A DNA stretch of 62,672 nt, filler included, from Choristocarpus tenellus KU-1152 (taxonomy: Eukaryota > Protista > Phaeophyceae), in NCBI GenBank assembly GCA_964200185.2. It is 8 parts of 8 records of this genome, joined end to end, with 100 filler letters (N's around TTAATTAATTAA, not from the genome) between each part and the next. Parts side by side here need not be neighbours in the genome. Positions count along the whole stretch, not along the records: positions 48,594 to 59,174 come from CAXNAD020002847.1; positions 59,275 to 62,672 come from CAXNAD020020307.1; 6 more parts are not named here. One strand, given 5' to 3'. The first letter of the stretch is position 1. Each line of letters begins with the position of its first letter. Under the pieces are notes generated by a model, which saw only the letters and a program-made list of their open reading frames with translations, ran no database searches and had not been told where the DNA came from. Position numbers and translations under genes: made by a program. This document shows positions 52,902 to 62,672 of this stretch, one piece after another.

Positions 52902-55900
52902 TCACCATCGCATCATCGCCTCCTTACTGAGCATCAAGATCTGCTCCTGGAAGTCCACGGCAGAGAGGCACTCAATCGAAAAAGACACACGGACTGGGCT
53001 GTCCAGCAAGGCGCCATATACCAAAAACCCATCCGGTGTCAATTCCCTCATTTCACACTTGCCAATGGGGACGTTATCACCCACCCCCCCGAAGACCCTC
53101 ACAAAGCTCATCAACTCATCCTGAGCAGAAACGAATGGAAAAGATAGTTCGAAAGGAGGGTGAGCACACTACCGCTGACACATTGGAGGGACAGTAAGTT
53201 TGAAGTGGAGTACTCTGCGAATTGCACGTCCACAGTCCAAAGTAGCACTCAGTGGTAAAATAGTTCACGAGACGAAACACCTACGCCAACTTCCTGTCAC
53301 GGACTTGAGCTCTAGACACCCTACTTACTCTGAAGCAAGCGCCGTGCGAAGGGGCGCATGTACGCACATTCTTGCTACCCTCCGTGTAAAAAATAGTGGA
53401 ATAGATTGCGTGGCATGCACTTCCTTGGGTGTGTGTGGACACACTATCGAAAGAAATGCTTTCCACTACATGAATGCAGTAAGGCGTGTAGGGTAGGTCA
53501 TAGCAAAATATATCATCCTTCGCTACTTTGAGCTCTTCGTGTAAAAAGACGTTAGTGAAAGGAGAACAAAGTCACCTCCTCAGAGTAGGTTTCTCCTTTT
53601 TTGGGGGGAGGGGGCACCGAACCTTTCAAGAAGCAAGCGCGATGATATCAGGTGGTACAATATTCAACCCTTTATCCTTTATGTCTCTATATTTTTCCCC
53701 GGAGAGTACCACTCAGTGCGAGTCATGCTTCTCAGATCAGTACAGAAGTGTAACTGCCAAGCGATTACTGTGTGCTTTGGTTCCTTTTCTTCCAACATGC
53801 TTTGAAAATATACCTTTGAAAGGAACACCTTGTTATCGAGTGATGGATGCCAAACACGATATGAAACTATTACATACAGGTGAAAGTACAGACTATCTAA
53901 CAGTCAACCACACTCATGACCTCCACCTTGTGCACACTCTCCAACTCATCCACACCTAGCTTTGATTTATTTGTATTTTTCAAACAATCCCAAAGTGTGT
54001 TACGCACTAGTAATCCCCAAGTAGAGTACAGTTGTAGAATGAACGTCCTCAACCCCCCCCCCCATGGCAAGTGATTCCGATCAAGCAAAACAATTTTTAG
54101 CTGTCCCACCAAAATAAAGATCATTAGACTGCCGTTCCCAAAGAAAGCTAAAGAGTGTATGCTCTCACTGGACAAAACAGAGACGGTCTCAGTCAAATGA
54201 ACACTACACCCCTTTTCCTTTCCCACATCAAAGGCACAGAGGACACAAGCAACATCCAAGACCCCATACACTGCTCTCTTACCACAAAGCACTTTGGCAC
54301 CTACGTGTAACAGCTACAATATTACACTCCACCGAGGAAAGATGCAATTCAAAGATGGTCACTCTTACACAACCCTCACCACAACCAGCACCAGGACAGA
54401 CGGGCATCAAACATACCCATGAGTCAAGTTACCCGCCACAATACAGAAACCATCCACACCATCAAGCCTTAGTTATTACCCTGCCCATGTTACCTGGAAA
54501 TCTCTGTTCATGACCACACTTATCCGTGCTATGATCTCGGCCAGCTCCGGAGATATAGGCTTCTGCACCATGTAAGAACAGGTCATGCGATACAGTGACA
54601 GTGGAAATCAATGAAGCAGCTAACGCAAATGAGGAATCAATGCACGAGGTCAAGTCCTCAGGACTTCAAATAGTCAGTATGGACTTATTCAAGTCTTGCT
54701 GCTCGGCATCTACAGCACATAAAATTTTCCCTGGGGGATAGAGGCAGGGGAGATGGATGTGCTGTGCAATTGTGACACCCTCAAATAAAGCATGCTTGGT
54801 GCTATGTCCCCTAACCCCCTCCCCCCCCCACACACACAGCAAATTCATCATGACATGTGTTTCATCCATGAAAGCTGCCAAGAAATAGTTTGTTTCAATA
54901 CTCCAGTGCCTGACCTTGGACAGCCGGTAGCTCTCTTCCATATCAATATCTGAGCTTTCCATGTCCTCCATCTCGTGTATTGCATCCACCAGACAGTCCT
55001 CTGATGTGCACAGCCACAATACCGAGATAGCAGGGGTGGGGTGATCACGGACAACAGGTTGCTTGCAATTCGGAGCTCTACCTTCTCACAGCCCAGAAAA
55101 TTATTGTCCCACTCAGGATGGTGGAGGCATAAAAAGACAAACAAGTGATGGTAAATGAATTGCACCATCCTTAGAAAAGCACTCCACAACATCACTGAAT
55201 TATTCTGTTTGGCAACACTGGTCATGGAGCTAGTAAATAGAATAGAAGGTATTCACAGCCTCTGTCAAATCTGAAATATATGGCACCATGCGACCTCACA
55301 CCAGCGTTTCCGAGTGAGACCCAAACCCTCATATTTCACCCTTCAATTAGGCTTTGGAGGATTCATGATCCAAAATCTTGAGTTTCTCCTATGACTTCTG
55401 TTCTGTGTGGCCACCCCTTCACGCCAGGTTTTGCTTGAGGAATAAATGCCAAGTAGAAAGTGCAGGGCATCAAACAGTTGTTCCTTGCGGACTTCCTGGT
55501 TACTGAGGAAAGAACCTTAGGAAAATGGAAAACCTGAGAACTGTTGAAAGGGGTGGTCAGAGAGGCAAACACTCTCAGATATATACAGAGGGAAAAGCCT
55601 GACGCACCAACTGGAGCCGAGGACCTTTTCTTAGTTGGGAGCATGCATGTGGTGAGACACGCGCTTGCCGTTGCCTGTTATTTACCTGTATCACAATGAT
55701 AGGGAAAAACGATGGGCACGGCGACAGCAACGCAGGTCTGCTCCCCCTGTTCGCAGTACATAACATCTAGTGACATGTGGTCCCTTTGTGATGGGGCAAT
55801 ACACACCAACGAGGGCAGGGCAGGAATAGGTTGGTTAAAAGTGGATATCTGAATGGCTACTCGACGGTGGTGTCAAATCCACAATTGAGCTTAGAACCAG

Positions 55901-56544
55901 GAGAGTTTATTGTACCAAGACGTCTCCTTGAATAGTTGAAAACTGTGTACACTATGCAGAAAACTCGATATCAGACAACGTAACCTGCGCTGCATTAATA
56001 GGTTATCGAAGCTACACATATTCAGCATACCAAACATGCCAGTGGTATAGCAGAGTAAATTGATCAGGCGAACATGCCGCTTGAACTTGAAGCGGTGTGT
56101 AAGCAGAAATGGAAAAGCCAGTACCAAGGGCATCCACCAAGTCACGTATCAGCAAAGTGGGAAACCATAACCGGGGATTAAAGTGGGTAGCACTCACCCA
56201 TCGATATCGGCCACGTGGACCTCCTCGATGTCATCAATGCTAACGATCAGAGTGCTGAACTTTTGAGCAAGCAGGGCCAGGTCGGCCTTCATGTCATGTT
56301 CGAGGCGATCAACCATGCGTTCCTTATCGAAGCCTGACATCCCAATCCTCCAAACATCCTTTCTTTGACATGAAGAAGACGGATGCAACGACCATGGCGA
56401 CCGACAAGGTCTGCGGGTAAGGACAACCCGGCTTTGAAAATGTAAAGGTTGCACAAAAGACATAACACCATGTTGAAGTGAGATGGAAGGGAAGGGAGCA
56501 AAGATGGTAACATGCGCCAACCAGACTGCCTTCCAAGAAAACAT
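52902..56544 (-). CDS. Tandem DUF2470-like domain protein, probably plastid-targeted
   Basis: Exons 56544-56198, (a small 3n+2 exon), 55766-55686, 55000-54915, 54562-54494 and 53120-52902. Spliced ISVVMNRDFQ|DELMSFVRVFGG..CEMRELTPDGF..VRVSF fits DUF2470; leader has VMS-FVQP then an R/S-rich stretch. Confidence 0.72.
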
Positions 56545-56815
56545 GGTTGAGAAATTAAAGAAACACTCTTTCCAGGGCACGCTGGTGACCAAAGGTCTGC
56601 CTGTGAGAGGAAATACCCCAACCCTGTACAACACCTCAACACATCGTCAATATTCATTATTTCGTCTTTTTTGTACGGTTATCCCTTCCCCATCCAGTCG
56701 CTACAGGGACGATAGAATATTGCTACAGAGCCCAGAGCCTTGCTTGCTTTCACATTTCGGACAAGCAAAGAGTCAAAGTAACAACGAAGTTGTGTTAGAG
56801 GTGGACTGCAAGAGC
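56545..56815. promoter_or_regulatory. Probable bidirectional promoter
   Basis: 271 bp between divergent ATGs at 56544 (-) and 56816 (+). Confidence 0.55.
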
Positions 56816-57897
56816 ATGGATGAAAAGGTTGGTTGAGATCAAAGACATTAAAGTTCGCCTGCAGGTGTTGGTGGAATAAAGATTATTCTAGCTTTGTAAC
56901 CACCCTCACAATCAACTCTGTAATTGACAGGACGTTCTGGAGGCTGGAGAAGATGGTGTGTTCGACCTTGGCGATGCACCCTTGCCTCTGCCGAAACGGA
57001 CTCAACTTGAGCCTAATGCGAAGCAAAAAGATGTACAGACGAGGGTTGCAGCTGAGATACCTGCGATAGGAGAGGTGACTTCGGCGCCTTCCTTACAAGA
57101 CTCGACGGCAGTTTGCGTTGGAAAAGAGGAAGTTACGAAACAGGCACCTGTGGACTTTTCCGATGAAGGAGCAAAGGAAGATGCGAAGCCTGAACCAAAT
57201 ATGGTGACTAGTGTCGATATTTCCCCTGTCAAACGACTGGATTCAGAAGAGGGGGAAAAGAAGGAAGGGGAGGTGGGTAAGGTGGTGGACCCCGATTTGA
57301 AGGGTCAGAGTGATGGAGGGATAGTTGGGGCGGGCTTGGCCAATATAACTCTTCCCCTTCCATCATTCTTGCTGCGACCGCCTTCATTGGAAGAACCGGA
57401 GGACGAGAGTGAAGATGAGTTCCACGACGCGGTTGACAGCATGCTGGGGCTTACAAAGGATGCCGCCAAAGCCCATGAGATGAAGGAGCTTGGAAACAGG
57501 TCCGTGAGGATGTTACTCCCACCATTGACGAACATATTCAACAATCACCAAATTTAACTAATCTCAAAACTTCGTGCAATGTCCTCTGAAGTTATTGACA
57601 TGGTTATCAGTGGTATCTCGCCCAAATACTCAACATGCCTCTCAGACGTGGGCCATTTCGCAGCTCTCTTCAAGTCATTATTTGCCTCTGCTAACCAATG
57701 ATGACACTGACCTCAATCCAGTTGCTCTTTCCTCTATCTCTTAATATATGTACAGTCATTACAAGGCCCGGGAGTTTAGGGACGCCATGGATTACTATAC
57801 GATGGCGTTGGAGTTTTCGCCAGAAGACGAGGAGAGCAAGGAGGACAGGGCCGTGTATCTTAGCAACCGTGCTGCTTGCCAGCTCCAGTTATCTGAG
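56816..57897 (+). CDS. TPR protein, TTC1-like (5' exons; remainder not found before the linker)
   Basis: Exons 56816-56827, 56931-57499 and 57756-57897: acidic N-terminus, then AHEMKELGNSHYKAREFRDAMDYYTMAL...AVYLSNRAACQLQL. Confidence 0.85.
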
Positions 57898-59092
57898 GTA
57901 TAAATCACATGGCGCCAGGCCAGCACCTCTTCTCCCTTAGCACTGGCCCACTAGTACTTCGCACGATAGGGGCACAAAGTGTGCTGGGCAAGAAAGAGTA
58001 AATAATGGTTCAATTAAAGTTTTTTCGTTACGGCAACCCAGGCAGGTAAATTTCCAAGTGTTCTATGTGTATTACTTCCTGTGCAAAACCTACGTCAAGC
58101 ACCCTGCATCTTCAGTCAATGCAGGATAGGCACATTTGGTGAGGATGTTTAAAAAGTGTAACAGGATTTTTGAAGTCATGTGCATGTCCTGCAAGGTACT
58201 ACAAAGGTCGGTTAGACTCTTATGTGCAAATGTGTGTTGGTGCTTGTGTCTAGGGCAGGTCAGATTTTAACTTCATGCAGACCTGTCAAAGCAGTCTTGG
58301 GCAAAGGCAGAGCACTGGAATCTCCAGTATTGCTGATCTCCACTTTGAGCCTTTGAGCAATTTTTAGGAGTGGAGTGTTGCAAGAATGAGATTTTATGTA
58401 CACTCTTTGTCATTTTATTTTTTGTAGTACCAACAAATTTCCATACTGTACAAGTTAATTTGCCAAGTAAAGTGTCGAATGCTGCACACTGCATTTTCAC
58501 TAGTGCTCCGAATCGTGACAATCCAATCGGTGTGATTGTCTCTGCCCAAGGATGATTGAGATAATTAAGAAAATTCAACTGGTTGATTCATTTATCACAC
58601 TTATGCCCTCTTTTGAAATTTGGTTTAAAACCTCCTTGTGGTGCCCAAACCTTTGTACGATTTGCCCTGCGTCCTGCGCACACGTTTTGAACTGATCCAG
58701 TTACTAGCATCGTGTGAAGCCAATGGATGTAACACTCGTGAATACCTTTTTTAGTCACAACACTTTTTATCATTATTTAAAAAAAAAAATGTCTACAGCA
58801 TCAACTGTTCTCTGCCAGAATTTCTGTTAGAAAACCCTCTCTTGCTGGAGCCAGTAAGAGAGTTCCTTCTACCTGCATCCCCTTTTTTTTATTATTTGTG
58901 TTCATATTTTCCGTGTGTTGCATGAAATGTAATCGCATTGGTCATAGTTGTTGGGGAGGAAATAGTTTTCATTTTTTTGCAAAATCCTCGGTGGAATTCC
59001 TGTTATTGTAACACGCACCACCCCTTTCCATTCATTCCGGTATTAGAAACAGGCCTAAGTCGACTCTTCCTGTGTTCTCACTCACACCAATG

Positions 59093-59129
<37 letters not shown>

Positions 59130-59274
59130 CCCCTTCCGCTCCGCCTCACCCGCCCCGTCGTCCGCCAGGGATTGNNNNNNNNNNNNNNNNNNNNNNNNNN
59201 NNNNNNNNNNNNNNNNNNTTAATTAATTAANNNNNNNNNNNNNNNNNNNNNNNNNNNNNNNNNNNNNNNNNNNN

Positions 59275-59316
59275 CCCCAAATGGATGCGGCTCTACCCTC
59301 TAAGATATCTTGGCTC
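59275..59316. mobile_element. MITE family C terminus at contig start
   Basis: GGATGCGGCTCTACCCTCTAAGATATCTTGGCTC is the reverse complement of the 1685/9720 left end. Confidence 0.75.
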
Positions 59317-60258
59317 CAATAGAGATTTCCACCAAGATTCATAGGGGTAGGGGGGTATTATGTGGCGAGATCATCCCGTAGGCACAATGTGACATATCAA
59401 CAACTCATTTGTTTTATTTGATGTGTGAAGTGTATTGCATTTTATGGCCGAATCTCCTGAAATTGAAACCAGTACAGTATTAGAAAAGGGTGACCCTCAA
59501 AAACATGGGTACCGCATTTCAATGGTATCAAAAGAGCTAAGTATCTTACTATTTTACCATGCACTTATGTTGCTAGAGCACAGTCTCTGATTAGCTTGAC
59601 TACGTTCTGTATCGCTCCAGGTTGAGTAAGTACAGTATGTGATAACCCAGGAGTTCAACACCAGACACAAGAAGCAGTGTTTTGCATGGTGTACAAGCAG
59701 GGCAGACCTCTTTTCTAAAGCTGTGTTGTTAAAAAGGTAGGGGTGAACGCTATCATGAACCAAATGCACTCTCATCACCACCGACACTTCTCTTTGTACT
59801 GAGAAACCATGACCTGATCAGAATCAGATAAGGGATTCCATAGCCATGAAGGTAGATCAAGAGCAAATGAGCTTCAGTTCCTCCTTATATGCTCTATCAC
59901 ACAGCCACTGATGGCTGATCCCTACATGCACCTGTAAAGACTTATTCACATATCAATATGCAGTTTGCGAAATATGAAAATGGGGGTAGGTGAATTTGAG
60001 GTTCTCCCCTCTCTGATTTGATCCTCTCCCTCTCAAACTATAATTGATTCGACATGTAAGGGGATTGTCAGGGCTGGAGCATTCGCAGGGTTGTGTGGGC
60101 AGGTAATTAGGACAATATTTCATGGCTAGCATGGAGAATTTCATGGGGCCTTCATACTCCTTTCCTAGACCATCAACCTTGACGTATTTTGTAGCTGAGG
60201 TACCCAAACAATGATACTACCATGTGGATTCCACTCATCAGATGCATTTTCAGTGCAG

Positions 60259-61956
60259 GAGCTGATGGTACCTTCCATGTATTAGATGAGGTGGATGTTG
60301 TCGGCTGGATACCTGGAGACAACCTCAAAAACAGTCATCATGAAGATTCGACCAGGGCAACTTCTGCTGGTTCTTGCCAGTCCTTTCCAGACAGTAGCAA
60401 CACCCCATCATCAAGGATGCAGCAAGGATTAATACAAAAACCACGGAGGAGGGGTGGGCAGGGGCAGGAGAATAGAATGAGGGATGTGAAAACCAAAGGG
60501 AGGTCAGTTATCCTAAGGCAAATTGAGTTCTCCAATATATGCTCTGATGTTGACAAGGAAGGGAGTGCTCTCAAAGAAGGGAAGAGGGCAGGGTTAAGAG
60601 GGCTGGAGTGTGAGGACGAGGAAGTAACCCAGTCAGTTTCTAGACAACACTCCATGTCCTACAAGTCGGCTCAGCATAGAGAGCAGAAGATGGATCGCCT
60701 CGGAAGAGGATTGGCATCTAAGGCATCCTCCTCACCATCTACACCACCCCTCAACCTATCTATCCCCTCGACTACATCAGCATCATCACCATCTCGTTCT
60801 ACGGTCTCTCCTCAGGATTCCCAATCTTCATCATTTTCACAATGTTCATCATCAGGATCATCTTCACCTACACATTCATTGGCAGTTCCTCCCCCAACCC
60901 CGACTCTCAAGAGACGTCTCAAACATGCTGCTTATCTGCTGGCAAACCCAGCAGCTCGGAGACGATTGAGGCAGAGGGAGTTTGAAGCTTCGGTTGGTGT
61001 TGATTGCAGGAGAGGCAGGGTGGAGGGAGAGCTGAGTGGCATTCGGGTGAGACGAGGGATAAGGAATAGAGGAGTTGAATGGAGTGGTGAGATGCAGGTT
61101 GGATAGCCGTTTTGTACCAAAGGTGAACAAGATGAATTTGTCCCCACTATTAATGCAATGAAACTGTACTCAGCTCAACTCTCACCCACAGTCTAGTGAT
61201 ACACCTCACCACTTCAGCAAAACCTCCAGTGCTTCTGCATCCATCATCATCTCAGGTATCAATCAACCCCTACCCCTCCAAGCTGACCTAACCAGGACTC
61301 AACATCCAATTACTCCATATACTCCTTTGAGTATGCTGGATTGCACTATTCTCATCAGCACTGAAAATAGAAAAAGACATGTAGGTCGCAATCAAGTTCA
61401 TATCTTACTGCCTGCCCCCCTGCTCCCTCCATCACCCCCGCATTTATTCCATCCCATGGTACATCCCATGCAGTACAACATGGTGACAGCAGCAACAGAT
61501 GATCACCTCAATCTCATAGCTACTGTATCATGTTCGGATGGAGACATATCTTCTCTCTGCACCAACAGCACCTCTCAAAAGTCTTCTCGATCCACAAATC
61601 GAGCCCTAAAAGGCACCCTTGGGAAATTTGGCCCATCCTCTGGCATACATGTCTGGGACTATGAGATGTGCTCACTATTGGGCACCTGCTTGTTCCCCTC
61701 AGTTCAATTAACCCGTTCAACATATAGTGCAGCTGCTGCCTTTGGTATTGGTGGGGGAGACAGCAGTGGAGGACAAGAGTCAAATATCGGAAGAGAAAAT
61801 AAACTGTGTGGGGCAGTTGGCGACAGAGGAGGGGGGAGGTCAATGACCACTCATATCACATCGCTGGTTTTCCTTACTCCACGTCCGGTTCTTGCTGGAG
61901 CGTCTTCGAGTGGTGTTGTAGCACTCTGGAGTGTGCCAGACTGTGTGTGTGTGCAG
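60259..61956 (+). CDS. WD40-repeat protein, internal exons
   Basis: Exons 60259-61097 and 61474-61956: GADGTFHVLDE, IHVWDYEMCSLLGTC, ITSLVFLTPRPVLAGASSSGVVALWS, with long Ser-rich insertions. Confidence 0.78.
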
Positions 61957-62603
61957 GTAAGTATCCCAATTGTTTCCAGTCTTACACCCCGGAGCAGAGA
62001 GAGGAAGTTACATGAGTTAAGTACGGCAACAGAAAAAATAGTTGTTCGCTCTGTGCCTAGCAGAAAATTTGGGTTGTCTCATCAATCCCACAGGAACAGG
62101 TTATATCAGTTGCATTTCTTTCCTCCACCATGCATGCACTCCAACAGCATTTCTCTTCAGTGGCTTTCCACTCAAATGTGTTGCTGTCAGGATGGAGGAT
62201 GTCAGTCAGGCAAGATCAAGTGAGGGCAGTGTTTCAAAATCATGGGGATGGTAGGTGGACTGTGATGTGCCAGTAGGTCACCTTATCTTAACCTTAAGCT
62301 TATGAACACTGGTCTGCCTTCAACTGTCGGCTAGATCTCCCAACTAGATTGACTGATGTGACAGACTCTCAATACCTCTTTCACCAGATTAGAGGATAGA
62401 AGAAGATAATGATATTCCAAATACCTTCTCTCGTCCAGAATAAATAACGCGATCCCCTAAGCTATGGATAGACAGAACTGGACAGGGGAGACCAGAGGAA
62501 CAATGATATGTCTCCAAAGAATTTATTAGCTGCCAAGAAGAAAGCAATGGCCGGAAAAAAAAGGATGTTCACATTTTGCCTTAAAAATGACTATTGTTGA
62601 AGT

Positions 62604-62672
62604 GGCTCAAAGTATCTGGGAGGGGGTGGCGGCTGTCCATTTGGGGTCAATTTTTTCATGTCGCGATTTTTG
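62604..62672. mobile_element. MITE family B left end (runs off the window)
   Basis: GGCTCAAAGTATCTGGG...CATGTCGCGATTTTTG matches the 14325 copy. Confidence 0.8.

Noticed and set aside
4623-59274. Seven identical TTAATTAATTAA motifs within N runs
   Set aside because: Six-frame-stop assembly linkers, not biology; they also invalidate synteny across contigs.

Overview
Intron-rich, repeat-rich eukaryotic nuclear DNA, most likely from a photosynthetic stramenopile (brown-alga-like). This inference rests on GT-AG introns, two bipartite signal+'F' plastid-type leaders and the TE families present. The window is eight contigs joined by artificial 100-nt N-TTAATTAATTAA-N linkers, so adjacency across linkers is not evidence. 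Supported genes: a plastid-type CPBP/CAAX intramembrane protease head-to-head with a 10-exon coiled-coil gene, an RNI-like LRR gene, a tandem-DUF2470 gene head-to-head with a TTC1-like TPR gene, a WD40 gene fragment and two unassigned gene fragments. The rest is decayed Copia, hAT and CRE-like elements, solo LTRs, several MITE families and minisatellites. The most striking observation is a 240-bp, stop-free fragment resembling bacterial F-type conjugation traW (Rickettsiales-like). It is inserted with a 4-bp GTGG duplication inside an old host solo LTR (24165-24404), a candidate bacterium-to-nucleus DNA transfer. All family assignments are from motif recognition by eye, not database searches.
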